DNA of 45,883 bases, from assembly GCA_013359445.1 (NCBI GenBank), contig JABWBV010000002.1:1-45883 (forward strand), in the 5' to 3' direction. Source of the DNA: Anaerolineales bacterium. Lineage in GTDB: Bacteria > Chloroflexota > Anaerolineae > Anaerolineales > JABWBV01. Of this stretch, positions 26,372-36,383 are shown one piece after another (position 1 is the first letter of the stretch; each line of letters begins with the position of its first letter). Below the pieces are notes generated by a model that saw only the letters and a program-made list of their open reading frames with translations, ran no database searches and was not told the DNA's origin. The position numbers were made by a program, and so were the translations under genes.

Positions 26372-28645
26372 TTACTTGAGCCGCACTTCCCAGAGGTGGA
26401 CGTGGCCGGGTTCGCCCTGGCGGAGGTCGTGAATTTCGAGGCGGAGGACGGCGATCGGCACCGTTTCGCCTAAATCCATGAGCACGCGGGGGTTGTCCAA
26501 AAAGCCTTCCAACTCCTGGGTAAAGACAAGGGGGTCTGCGCCAAATTCGGGGTAGGCGTACACCGTGACGTTGACCCGCGCGGCCCCGATCACCAGGTCT
26601 AGCGCACGCACGGGGCGGGTCTCGGGGAGGTACATTTCGATGATGAGCGGGTTGGCTTCGGCGGTGCGGATCAGGGTGTCGTCGTTGTCGTCAAAGATGT
26701 TGGGGACTTCACCCATGTCGAGTTGGGGATAACGAACGGGGATGGCGACTCCTTCAAAGTAGGCGGAGGTGTCGTACAAAAAGCGGCGGGCTTCGGCTTC
26801 CTGTGCCAAAATTTCGTCAATGTTGTCCACGTATGCGGCTTTGACGAACAAAAATCCGGGGCTACCTGTTGGATAATCGATTGTGCGCTCGATTTGGAAG
26901 TTAAGTTTGCCATTGCGCCCCAATTCGATATATTCACCGATGGTGATGACAAATAATTGGTTCGGGTCAATTTCCCGATGCTCGTATTGGTAGGGCAACA
27001 AACTGCCCAATTGGATGGGCAGAGGGTCAAACAAAAAGAAGCGGGCGAGATTTGTGGCACCGTTGGCAAAATCGGGGGTGAGGACAATTTGGACGTTGGG
27101 GTTTTCGGCTCGGAGATTTTTGATCTCGCGGAAAACCTGCCGCGCCCCGTATTGCATCCCGTTGAAAGAGTAATCGGCATAATAAAAGGGGCCGTTGACC
27201 AGTGCATCCAGGAGAAAAACCAGATTGCACAGGGCAAGGAAGATGAAGATAACTTTTGGGAGGGTGTTACCGGGGGGGGCGGGGGGCCGGTAACGGGTGT
27301 AAAGGGTTTGTGCCCAGGTCAGGGTTTGGATGAACCCCAACGTGGTGAGCAGGGTGATCGGGATGACGAAAAAGAGCGCGCGAGTGACTCCCAACCCGGC
27401 GACCGCGGCCCCCACGGGGGAGGCCAACCCCGCGAGGACGAGCGTGCGCCACGCGGGGGTGCGGAAGTGCCAAACTGCCTGCCCCAGTCCTATCGTCGCA
27501 AAGGGCAGGGTGATCCACAGCAGATTGCCATGGGTTCCCATCAAATGCCGGGGGATGTCGATGAAGTTGGGGAAGTACCAGTAAAGCGGGCTTAATCCGG
27601 TGAGGTATTGTTTGAAAAAGATTTGGGCTTTTTCGAGGGGGGTGAAATTGCCGATCAAGTAGGAGGAGGATTCCCGTAGGTTTTCTGCGACCGCGCCTGG
27701 GTGGGTGAGTTGAAACCGCACGTAGGGGAGCGCAAACAGCACGAGCATCGCCACCCCGCGCATCCCCACCTGGCGGTGTTCCCAATGATACCGAAAATCC
27801 ACGATCAGCAAACTGATCCCAAGTGTTCCCATAACCAGTTGCCCCGGTGCGTAGCTGTAAAACGTCAGCGCGCCAAAAATGAGTGCGGGGTACAAGTGGT
27901 GAGGCGCGTGTGTTCGGTAGCGCAGGTAAAAGTATAGAAACGCGGCAAAAAAGGAGGTGGCTACGGCGGTTTCGAATGCGGTGCGGGAGTGCAGGAACCA
28001 CGCGGGGGCGATGGAAAGGATGAGCGGCCCCATCCACCAGTCGGGTTTCTTAAAAATCTGTTTAAGAATCAAGCCCACACTACCTGCCGCGAGCAGGGTG
28101 AGGAAGACGGTGGTACCCCGCACCACCCACACCGATTTTCCAAAGAGAAGGGCCGGGAGGAGGCTGAGGTACACCGTCGCCCCCAGGCTGAATTTGCGAT
28201 CATTTCGGAAGTAGGTGGGCAGAAAGGTGTCGCCCTCGTAGATGAAGTTGTCCCGCACCAGATCGAGGGCGAGGAGGGTTGGGATGGCCTCGTCGGAGAA
28301 AAAGTAGATGGGGTAATCGGGCAGGGCGATGAGCCGCACGCCCAGGTAGACGATCAGTCCGAGGACAAATAGCCGGGTCGTCAGGGACCAGTTTCGGGGT
28401 AGAGACAAGCGCCAGGGGCGAGCCGGGAGGGGGGCGTCGGGCGGGAGGGGGGGGTGAAAGGCCAGGGTTTCTTCGTAGCGGCCTTGCCCGGGTGGGGCGC
28501 TCACTTCGATGGTGCCGCGCTGTTCCGGCTTGCCGGTTTCGTTGAGCAGTTCGACCGTGACGCGGACGCGCGCGCCTTCTGCCAGGCGGAGGGTCATTTC
28601 CACCGGGTTTGGGGTGGGGGCGTCGGGGGGAGGGGCGGGGGTCAT
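26372..28645 (-). CDS. GT-C (ArnT/PMT-like) membrane glycosyltransferase with extracellular C-terminal domain, paralog A
   Basis: FFSDEAI acidic loop, many TMs, WFLHSRTAFET, C-terminal beta domain ending HVHLWE. Confidence 0.8.
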   Translation of the reverse strand: MTPAPPPDAPTPNPVEMTLRLAEGARVRVTVELLNETGKPEQRGTIEVSAPPGQGRYEETLAFHPPLPPDAPLPARPWRLSLPRNWSLTTRLFVLGLIVYLGVRLIALPDYPIYFFSDEAIPTLLALDLVRDNFIYEGDTFLPTYFRNDRKFSLGATVYLSLLPALLFGKSVWVVRGTTVFLTLLAAGSVGLILKQIFKKPDWWMGPLILSIAPAWFLHSRTAFETAVATSFFAAFLYFYLRYRTHAPHHLYPALIFGALTFYSYAPGQLVMGTLGISLLIVDFRYHWEHRQVGMRGVAMLVLFALPYVRFQLTHPGAVAENLRESSSYLIGNFTPLEKAQIFFKQYLTGLSPLYWYFPNFIDIPRHLMGTHGNLLWITLPFATIGLGQAVWHFRTPAWRTLVLAGLASPVGAAVAGLGVTRALFFVIPITLLTTLGFIQTLTWAQTLYTRYRPPAPPGNTLPKVIFIFLALCNLVFLLDALVNGPFYYADYSFNGMQYGARQVFREIKNLRAENPNVQIVLTPDFANGATNLARFFLFDPLPIQLGSLLPYQYEHREIDPNQLFVITIGEYIELGRNGKLNFQIERTIDYPTGSPGFLFVKAAYVDNIDEILAQEAEARRFLYDTSAYFEGVAIPVRYPQLDMGEVPNIFDDNDDTLIRTAEANPLIIEMYLPETRPVRALDLVIGAARVNVTVYAYPEFGADPLVFTQELEGFLDNPRVLMDLGETVPIAVLRLEIHDLRQGEPGHVHLWEVRLK

Positions 28646-28650
28646 GGGGG

Positions 28651-31062
28651 TTAGCGCAACCAGAGGTCCCAAAGATGCACGTGTTCCGGTTCGCCGCGTT
28701 CGACGAGGAGGACTTCGAGGCGGAGCGTTTGTACGAGGTACGTCTCCCCAAAGTTTATCACTTTCTCGCGGGGGAGGTCACGTCCGTCTACGATTTGGGT
28801 GATGACCACAGGCGGTTGATCGGACGCGGTGGTGAGGGAGGTGGTGATTTGGGTTTTATCGCCGCCGATGCGGAGCGTTAACTCTTGGAGGGGGCGTGGT
28901 TCGGGAAAGATGATTTCCAGGATGAAGGGGTTCGCTTCCAGGGTGCGGATGACCGTTTGATCGTTTCCGTCAAAAAGCTCTGGGAGCGTGCCCATGTCCA
29001 ACAAGGAGTAGTGAACTTGAAGCGAGGTTCCATCCGCCAGGGTGACGGTGCCCTCCTGCAAGACGTGCCGCGCGTCCCGTTCTTCGGCCAAAATCTCTGT
29101 GATGTTGTCCACATAAACCAGGTGGACGAAATAAAAGCCTGGTTGTCCGTTGGGGTAAGGAAGCGTATACGCAACTTCGACCGATGCAAATTTGCCTGAT
29201 GCCTGGGCTTGGGCGTACTCTTCCGGGGTCAATACAATGAGATGCATGGGGGCAAGGTCTTTGACCGTGTTAAGGAACGCATCAATACTTGCGAGTTCGA
29301 TCTCTAACGGCTCATCCAAAAAAAACGCGTTCAGGACATCTGAATTATTGGCCCAATCCGAGGTGAGGGTGATCTGGATGGTGTTATAAGCATCTAGATA
29401 CGTGTCGATTTTGTCAAACAATGGTTCCGCGCCATACTGCATTCCCCCAAACCCATAATCCTGATGCCAAAATGGCCCGTTGCGAAGCGCGTCGGTGGTG
29501 AACGCCCACAACCCCAGCCCAAGCACGGCGAACAAACCGGGGGCGAAGGCAAATCGCCAGGACGGGCGGGTGGCGCGCACGTGTGTTTCCGCCCATCGCA
29601 GAAGGGTGAGCAATCCCGCGGCGGTCAAAAGCGTGATCGGGAGCACAAAGGTGAGCACGCGGGTGTTGCCAATCTCGGCGATGGTGCCGGGCAAGGGGGC
29701 AATCAACAGGGCAAGGAGAATTGTTCGGTACGTCAGGCGGATGTGCGTCTCCGCGGGGGCCTCTTCTCCCCAAAATGAACGGACTTTCTCCGGTAGGAAC
29801 GCCCTCAAGCGTTGAACCACCTTCCCCGGCAAAACGGCTTTGAGCGCCACGGCGACCCCCACCAATGCGAACGGCAGGGTGATCCCCATCAGATTCCCGT
29901 AGGTGCCCATTTGATGCCGGGGGATGTCTTTAAAATTCAAAAAAAACCAGTATCCGGGGGAAAGACCATAAAAATACAAAGAGAAAAACCGGGCCAACTT
30001 TTCCGACAAGGGCCACGGTTGAAGCCAATACGATTCCACCTCGCGCAAATGCGTCAAGACGGCGTCAGCCGCTTGCAAACGAAACCGCAGGTATGGCAGG
30101 CTCAACACGAGCAACCAGGCCAACCCGCCCACGCTGGTTTGCCAGTGTTTGAGGTGGTAAGGCAAGTCCAACAAGAGAAGCGCCGCGCCGCACGCGACGA
30201 TGACGACTTGGGCGGGGCTGTACGCGTAAAACGTGAGCGCGCCAAACGCCAACGCCGCATACAGGTGTTTGGGAGCATCCAACCGATAACGCAAATAAAA
30301 ATACAGAAACCCGGCATACATCGAAACAGATAAAACCGTCTCAAACGCCGTGCGGGAGTGCAAAAACCACACGGGGGCCAATGCCAACAACAACGTCGCC
30401 GCCCACCCATACGGCAACTTAAGAAAATCGCGAACGATCAGCGCAACGGTCAGGGCCGGAATCAAAGTCAGCAGGATAGATGTGCCCCGCGTAACCAAAA
30501 CGGACTTGCCAAATAGCAAAGTGGGGATAATTTGCACATACACAGAAAGACTCAGGTTGTACAATTGTCCGTTTTTGAAATAAGTAGGCAAGTACGTTGA
30601 GTCAACATACCCCTCATGCTCAATGAGATTTGCCGCATGGACGGTGTGGATTGCTTCGTCCCCATTGAAATACACGGGATATTGATCGAGACCCACAAAA
30701 CGGGTGAGCAGATACAGTGCCAACGCCGCGCCCAGAAGGATCACCTCCGCGCGGGGGAACCACCCTGTGTAGGCGCGCCCCACGCGCGTAAGCCCCTCCC
30801 CCGCGCGAGCCACGAAACTCCACGCGGGCGCCGGTGCCCCAACCGGGTGCAAATCCACCGTGCGGGCGGGCACCTGCGCGGGCAGTGGCGTTTCCACGCG
30901 CCGAATTTCTAACCTGGAAACACGTTTGGGACCGAAAATAGGCGGAACCCGGCGTGGCACCCCCCGATTTTTGCGTTTTCGCCAGCGCCAAAACAGGTAG
31001 CCTTCCAGCGCGAGGGTGATCGTGAGGATCACAAAAAGGGCAAAAAACGAACTGGCATTCAT
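28651..31062 (-). CDS. GT-C membrane glycosyltransferase, paralog B
   Basis: FNGDEAI, PTYFKNG, WFLHSRTAFET, ending HVHLWD; colinear with paralog A. Confidence 0.8.
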   Translation of the reverse strand: MNASSFFALFVILTITLALEGYLFWRWRKRKNRGVPRRVPPIFGPKRVSRLEIRRVETPLPAQVPARTVDLHPVGAPAPAWSFVARAGEGLTRVGRAYTGWFPRAEVILLGAALALYLLTRFVGLDQYPVYFNGDEAIHTVHAANLIEHEGYVDSTYLPTYFKNGQLYNLSLSVYVQIIPTLLFGKSVLVTRGTSILLTLIPALTVALIVRDFLKLPYGWAATLLLALAPVWFLHSRTAFETVLSVSMYAGFLYFYLRYRLDAPKHLYAALAFGALTFYAYSPAQVVIVACGAALLLLDLPYHLKHWQTSVGGLAWLLVLSLPYLRFRLQAADAVLTHLREVESYWLQPWPLSEKLARFFSLYFYGLSPGYWFFLNFKDIPRHQMGTYGNLMGITLPFALVGVAVALKAVLPGKVVQRLRAFLPEKVRSFWGEEAPAETHIRLTYRTILLALLIAPLPGTIAEIGNTRVLTFVLPITLLTAAGLLTLLRWAETHVRATRPSWRFAFAPGLFAVLGLGLWAFTTDALRNGPFWHQDYGFGGMQYGAEPLFDKIDTYLDAYNTIQITLTSDWANNSDVLNAFFLDEPLEIELASIDAFLNTVKDLAPMHLIVLTPEEYAQAQASGKFASVEVAYTLPYPNGQPGFYFVHLVYVDNITEILAEERDARHVLQEGTVTLADGTSLQVHYSLLDMGTLPELFDGNDQTVIRTLEANPFILEIIFPEPRPLQELTLRIGGDKTQITTSLTTASDQPPVVITQIVDGRDLPREKVINFGETYLVQTLRLEVLLVERGEPEHVHLWDLWLR

Positions 31063-31072
31063 ACCGCTTACT

Positions 31073-33070
31073 TTACCATGTCCCTTCGTAGCGCGTGTAC
31101 AACAAAACCCCCTCGTCGGTGTGCACCTCGCGCAGGGTGCCGCCCGGATAAAGTTGTTGAACCTCAGTCAGCTCGGCCTGATAAGCGGGGAGAAAGACAA
31201 ACACCACCGACCCCGTGATGGGCGGCTTCGGCGGGATCGTCACGTCGTGCCCTACCACGTGCGGGGCCAGAAAAGGCATACTGGCATGGGAATAGAACCC
31301 CATCTGAGGCGCGCCATAAAAAAAGATCTGGGTGTTTTCGGGCTGGGCGGCAAAATGATGCGCCAGATCATTGGCCACCCAGTTGGTGTCATAAAGCGCC
31401 TGCGCGCGGGGGGCAAAATCCCAAAAATAAAACCGCACATCATCGACAGCCATCCATACCACTCCGGCAAAAATCAGGCCGGTCAAAACGGTGCGGGCTT
31501 GCGGCATCAGTTCGCTCAAAATCTGTGTGAGTTCGTGCAGGGCAAACCCAATCAGTAACGCCACTGCAGGTGCCGCCGCAACAAACCGTTGTGCCGCGGT
31601 CGGTTCGTGGGTGATCCCCGTCATCATGCCAAACCCCACCAACCACAAAAAGACTAGCCATGCGCGGGTCTCGCGCGCATGGAGGCTGAGCAAGGCCAGC
31701 CCTGCCAAAAAAACGCCTCCGGCCAAAGGGCGGAGCATTGGTGTCTCCGGCAAATAAAACCCGACCAGGTTTTCCCGCACATACGCCTGCAAACCTAAAA
31801 ATATCTGGCGCAACACCACCCACCAGGCAGAGGTCCCGGTTCTTTGGGCATTGCCTGCAATCCACGCCCCATCAATCGCCACCCGACGCATCGGGGCCAA
31901 AAATTCGTTGGGATTGTTGAAATAAAACCACCCCAACGGCGCGGCGACGACAAACGCAACGGCCCCCATCCAAAACAACCCCGGCAGGGCACGGCGCAAG
32001 CGCGCCCGATCCAAAATCCCCGCCACAAACACCCACGCCGGAATCAACACAAAGAGCAAACGGGCACTGGCATAGAGATAGATACTCAGCCCCAAGGCCA
32101 CCCCCGCGATGAGAAAATAAACCCGTTTGCCATTCTGCCAACCCGCCCAAAGCCCCCCAATAACGACGATAAACACCAACCCATCCCACACATTGTTCAG
32201 CCCCAAACGGCTAAAGTGGATATGAAAATGAAACCCCACCAAAAAGAGTGCCCCCACCAACGCCGCCCGTGCCCCAAACAACATCCGCCCCACCAAATAC
32301 GTCCCCCCCACGGTCAGCGCCCCAGCCAGTGCAGAAAACACCCGCAAGGCCTCCATGTTTTGCCCCAAAAGCCACAGGGAAAAAGATTCGAGATAATAAA
32401 ATAACGCGGGAAAAGAATACCAACCGACGTTAAAAAGGTTATTGGTTTCACCTTTTACAAACGCCATCGCATTCAAACCCATGGAAGCTTCGTCCGAAGT
32501 CAAAAAAGGCGGATATTGGGCGGTAAACACCCCTCGGGTGAGCAAAGCCAACAACGTCACCCCGCCCGTGATGCCCCACACCCGGCGCGAAGGCCACCGG
32601 TTTGCCTCCTCCCGCCACCCCGCCAACCAGACGCTCCCGATGCCCAGCCCCCAAATGGAATACGTGATAAAAGGCGCACGCAATTTTGGCCCAAAATCAA
32701 TCGTCCGCGCGGCCAAAACAGCATACAACACCCCCACCACAAGAAAGATTACCTGAGATTCGTGAACCCCCAACCTCTGCCCCACCCCTTGGAGCGGGCG
32801 CGCCACCCAGGCGGGCAAACGCTTTGCATACGTTGCCTGAACCCCCACCAACACCATGATCCCCCCCAACCCCAACACCCCCGGCACCCATTGTTGTGCC
32901 GCCGGGGGAAACCCCTGAATGAACTGAGCGACAATCAAAGTCACCAACCCCAAAATCACTAAGGTGGCTTCGGGTTTATTTTGGGCTACTCCGGCAAAAA
33001 TCCCGGCGGCCCGCGGGGGAGATGTCAAAGGGGAAGGCGAAGAGGGGGGCTGGTTCGCTGAAGGTTTCAT
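31073..33070 (-). CDS. GT-C (family 39/83-like) glycosyltransferase, paralog C
   Basis: LTSDEASMG, HIHFSRLG, YLYASAR, many TMs; start taken at MKPSANQ. Confidence 0.8.
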   Translation of the reverse strand: MKPSANQPPSSPSPLTSPPRAAGIFAGVAQNKPEATLVILGLVTLIVAQFIQGFPPAAQQWVPGVLGLGGIMVLVGVQATYAKRLPAWVARPLQGVGQRLGVHESQVIFLVVGVLYAVLAARTIDFGPKLRAPFITYSIWGLGIGSVWLAGWREEANRWPSRRVWGITGGVTLLALLTRGVFTAQYPPFLTSDEASMGLNAMAFVKGETNNLFNVGWYSFPALFYYLESFSLWLLGQNMEALRVFSALAGALTVGGTYLVGRMLFGARAALVGALFLVGFHFHIHFSRLGLNNVWDGLVFIVVIGGLWAGWQNGKRVYFLIAGVALGLSIYLYASARLLFVLIPAWVFVAGILDRARLRRALPGLFWMGAVAFVVAAPLGWFYFNNPNEFLAPMRRVAIDGAWIAGNAQRTGTSAWWVVLRQIFLGLQAYVRENLVGFYLPETPMLRPLAGGVFLAGLALLSLHARETRAWLVFLWLVGFGMMTGITHEPTAAQRFVAAAPAVALLIGFALHELTQILSELMPQARTVLTGLIFAGVVWMAVDDVRFYFWDFAPRAQALYDTNWVANDLAHHFAAQPENTQIFFYGAPQMGFYSHASMPFLAPHVVGHDVTIPPKPPITGSVVFVFLPAYQAELTEVQQLYPGGTLREVHTDEGVLLYTRYEGTW

Positions 33071-33111
33071 AATCAAGACCCAAATATTTCGGCTTGTGCT
33101 CCCCACTGTGT

Positions 33112-33135
33112 GCCCCTCCCCGCGCGGGGAGGGGC
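33112..33135. repeat. GC-rich perfect palindrome (REP-like) downstream of acyl-CoA dehydrogenase
   Basis: gcccctccccgcgcggggaggggc. Confidence 0.6.
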
Positions 33136-33151
33136 GTGGGTCAGCGAGAGG

Positions 33152-34324
33152 TTAACGTAACCCCGTTTCCGTGCGGGCAATAACCATGCGTTGAATTTCG
33201 CTGGTGCCCTCATAAATTTCGGTGATTTTGGCATCGCGGAAGTAGCGTTCGACAGGCAATTCTTTGGAATACCCCATCCCCCCGTGAATTTGCACCGCGT
33301 GGTGGGCACAAAACATCGCCGTCTCAGACGCATACAATTTCGCCATCGAAGCGGCTAACGTAAACCGCTCCCCGGTCTTTTTCCAGTGTTCTTTGGCAAA
33401 ACAAGCATTGTAAATGAGACTGCGCGCGGCCTCGATGCGGGTTTTCATATCCGCCAGTTTGAACTGGGTCCCCTGAAACGCCCCAATCGGCTGACCAAAG
33501 GCCTCCCGCTCGCGGGCATATTGCAGACTGGCCTCGTAGGCGGCTTCCGCAATGCCTAACGCTTGCGAGGCGATGCCGATCCGCCCGGCGTCCAACACCG
33601 TCATCGCGATCTTAAACCCCTCCCCTTCCTTCCCGATCCGGTTTTCTGCGGGGCACCGGTAATCCTCAAACAGAATCTCACTCGTGGCGGAGGCGCGAAT
33701 GCCCAGTTTGGGTTCCTTTTTGCCTCGGCTGAACCCCGGTTGGGTGGTATCAATCATAAACGCGGAGATGCCGTTGTGCCCCCGTTCGGGGTGGGTGGGG
33801 GTGAAGAGCAGGATCAAATCCGCGACCGGGGCAGATGTCACCCACGATTTCCGCCCGTTGATCACATAATGATCGCCGTCCAGTACCGCGCGGCTTTTCA
33901 TACTCCCCGCGTCGGACCCGGACATCGGCTCGGTCAGGGAATAGGCCCCGATCATTTCGCCGGACGCGACCGGGACGAGGTATTTCTGCTTTTGTTCCTC
34001 CGTGCCAAACATCGTCAGGGCGTTGCAGAAAAGCGAATTGTTTACGGACATGATCGTGCCGTGGGAAGCGTCCACTTTGCAGATTTCTTCGAGGGCGAGG
34101 GCATAGGCGAGCGTGTCCATGCCCGCGCCGCCGTACTGCTCGGGGACTTCGATGCCCATAAAACCCATCGCACCCATTTTTTTGATGGTGTCGTAAGGGA
34201 ATTCGCCGCTTTCGTCGTGTTCCGCGGCAATCGGGGCGATCTCTTTTTGGGCAAAGTCCCGCGCTGCGTCGCGGATCATGCGGTGCTCGTCAGTGAGCAA
34301 GTATTCAAAAGAAGGGGTAGTCAT
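33152..34324 (-). CDS. Acyl-CoA dehydrogenase (short/branched-chain type)
   Basis: YSLTEPMSGSDA, NGRKSWVT, LDAGRIGIA, QIHGGMGY, IYEGTSEIQR; AGGAG RBS. Confidence 0.95.
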   Translation of the reverse strand: MTTPSFEYLLTDEHRMIRDAARDFAQKEIAPIAAEHDESGEFPYDTIKKMGAMGFMGIEVPEQYGGAGMDTLAYALALEEICKVDASHGTIMSVNNSLFCNALTMFGTEEQKQKYLVPVASGEMIGAYSLTEPMSGSDAGSMKSRAVLDGDHYVINGRKSWVTSAPVADLILLFTPTHPERGHNGISAFMIDTTQPGFSRGKKEPKLGIRASATSEILFEDYRCPAENRIGKEGEGFKIAMTVLDAGRIGIASQALGIAEAAYEASLQYAREREAFGQPIGAFQGTQFKLADMKTRIEAARSLIYNACFAKEHWKKTGERFTLAASMAKLYASETAMFCAHHAVQIHGGMGYSKELPVERYFRDAKITEIYEGTSEIQRMVIARTETGLR

Positions 34325-34533
34325 TAAAGGGAAACTCCTGATTGAAGGGTTGTACTCAGGCCATAATGGAAGCATCCTGAGCGGTAAATGCTCAAAGTGC
34401 TGAGGTCATTTCAGGGCAATCGAAGGATGCGGGGCTGAGTGATTACTTTTGGCGATTATAGCGCGGAAAGGGAAATTCTTGGTTACACCCCACCCGATGC
34501 CTTGTCCAATAAATGCCCCCTGTCCTGAAACCG

Positions 34534-34908
34534 TTACAAATACCCCTTCACCGCATCGAACAACGCCTGCCATTCCGCAGGGGACTTCGGCTCTGCACCC
34601 CGCCGGGGGATCCGCGCCAGACGATCCACCATCTCGAAACTTAACCCTGCTTGCAGGGCAAAATCCCGCAAGGCCGGTGGGATGAGCGTATGTGCTTCTT
34701 GCGCTTCCCCGGTCAATTCTGCCGGACCCACCCCCAACGCCGCGGCCAGACTTTGTAAGACGTTCAACGACAGGTTGGCCGCTTCCGCCCGCTCGATCAG
34801 CGACACGTAATTCCGCGAAATCCCCGCGCGATCCGCCAACTCGCTTTGGCTAATGCCCAGCGCGCGGCGACGGTTGAAGACTTGATCGGCGAGAAATTGA
34901 GGAGTCAT
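34534..34908 (-). CDS. XRE-family HTH repressor, DdrO/CapH-like
   Basis: SQSELADRAGISRNYVSLIER HTH; C-terminal IPPALRDF..LARIPRRGAEPKSPAEWQALF resembles the DdrO C-domain. Confidence 0.85.
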   Translation of the reverse strand: MTPQFLADQVFNRRRALGISQSELADRAGISRNYVSLIERAEAANLSLNVLQSLAAALGVGPAELTGEAQEAHTLIPPALRDFALQAGLSFEMVDRLARIPRRGAEPKSPAEWQALFDAVKGYL

Positions 34909-35040
34909 GGTGATGCGGAATAAGGGATACGTGATGCGTGATGAATTTTGCACAATGCTCATCACACAATATGAATTCTTCTCAATTTTAACGAACCCCT
35001 CGTCCTCTGTCAACTCCAATGTGCAAATGCACAATAAATG

Positions 35041-35088
35041 TTGACAAATTAGAACGGAAGTGCTATATTATTGGTCAGTTGACCAATA
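35041..35088 (+). promoter_or_regulatory. Sigma70 promoter with LexA-like box and palindromic operator
   Basis: TTGACA-N17-TATATT; AGAACGGAAGTGCT at 35051-35064; tattggtca-gt-tgaccaata at 35069-35088. Confidence 0.7.
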
Positions 35089-35166
35089 GAGTTGTCAAAT
35101 GCAAAACTGGTAAATAGGAATACTTCAAAATTGACAACCCCACACTACTTTTTTTTGGAGGTTCGG

Positions 35167-36300
35167 ATGTTGGAAAAACTAGATACTGTCAACTGGAGTG
35201 AATTAACCCATGCGTTTGGAGAGGCCAGTGATCTGCCAATTTTGATCCGTGCGCTGGCTTCGGAAAAGGCGCATATGCGAGAAGAAGCCTTGAGTGTGTT
35301 GTTTACCAACATCTGGCATCATGGCGTCGTGTTTGAGGCCAGTGCCTATGTGGTGCCTTTTTTGGCGGAACTGGCCCAAAATCCAGATGTTGCCGACCGA
35401 AATGAATTACTCGTTTTGTTGGCCCATCTCGCCACCGGGAATTCTCTGCTCGAAGTGCATGAACAAATCGATGGCCCGGAAGCGCTCGAAAACCCCGAAC
35501 TGAAAGCCCAACTTGCTCGCGAACGTCAGTGGGTTTTACGCACGCGCCAGACCGCCCACAAATTTGTCCCCGCGTATGTGCGTTTGCTGGAAGACCCCGA
35601 CCCGGATGTGCGTGCGGCTTCGGCGTACTTACTTGCCTGTTTTCGCGGCGAGGCTCGAAAAATTGCCCCGGTCATTCTCCGGCGTTTGGGCAAAGACTCG
35701 CATCCTCGTGCCCGCGCGAGTTTGGTGTTGTGCCTGGGCGCGCTCGCCAACGGCAACCCCTCCTATCTTCAAACTTTCGCCAGCATCCGAAAATCCAAAC
35801 TGCCCGAACTCGTCCGCCTCGCCGCGGCGATGGCCGAAGCCCGCAACCTGCGTGAAAACACCCCCATCGAAACGCTGGAATTTTTGGTGGATGTGATCAC
35901 GACCCTTGACCCGCTCCTCCCCGCCGAATACAAACGCCTGCCCTGGGCGGATGGGCATATCGCCGGGGATGCCAGTCTGGTCCTCTGTTATTTTGGCCCA
36001 ACCCGGGCGGCGCAAGCCATCCCCGATTTGTTCCAGGCGATCAATTATGTCGATGCCCACAGCGCGTTGCATATTGCCTACACTCTGCTCTTTGCCGCCT
36101 TTGGTGGGCGCAAGGGCCACCTCTGGCAGGTCAAAGAATTGACGGACATGCAACGTCTTGTCCTGACAGCCCTGCTGGATAACGACACCGTCTGGGAACA
36201 AAACCTGGACATGTCTGAACTCCTGCGTATGTTTGGCCTGCCCGATTGGCCGGATACGTTAGCGGAATTTGTGGGGCAGGGGGGGAGAGAAGGAAAATAA
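35167..36300 (+). CDS. HEAT-repeat protein
   Basis: GGAGG RBS; LDTVNWSELTHAFG.A.DLP.LIRAL, LLEDPDPDVRAASAYLL, ELVRLAAAMA. Confidence 0.85.
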   Translation: MLEKLDTVNWSELTHAFGEASDLPILIRALASEKAHMREEALSVLFTNIWHHGVVFEASAYVVPFLAELAQNPDVADRNELLVLLAHLATGNSLLEVHEQIDGPEALENPELKAQLARERQWVLRTRQTAHKFVPAYVRLLEDPDPDVRAASAYLLACFRGEARKIAPVILRRLGKDSHPRARASLVLCLGALANGNPSYLQTFASIRKSKLPELVRLAAAMAEARNLRENTPIETLEFLVDVITTLDPLLPAEYKRLPWADGHIAGDASLVLCYFGPTRAAQAIPDLFQAINYVDAHSALHIAYTLLFAAFGGRKGHLWQVKELTDMQRLVLTALLDNDTVWEQNLDMSELLRMFGLPDWPDTLAEFVGQGGREGK

Positions 36301-36312
36301 AGAAAATAAGGT

Positions 36313-36354
36313 AAAAAAAACAGATACGGGAATGTTCCCGTATCTGTTTTTTTT
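36313..36354. terminator. Bidirectional intrinsic terminator
   Basis: A8-cagatacgggaa-tg-ttcccgtatctg-T8 between convergent genes. Confidence 0.88.
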
Positions 36355-36383
36355 AAAATTACCCTGAATCCCCTAACCTATAT

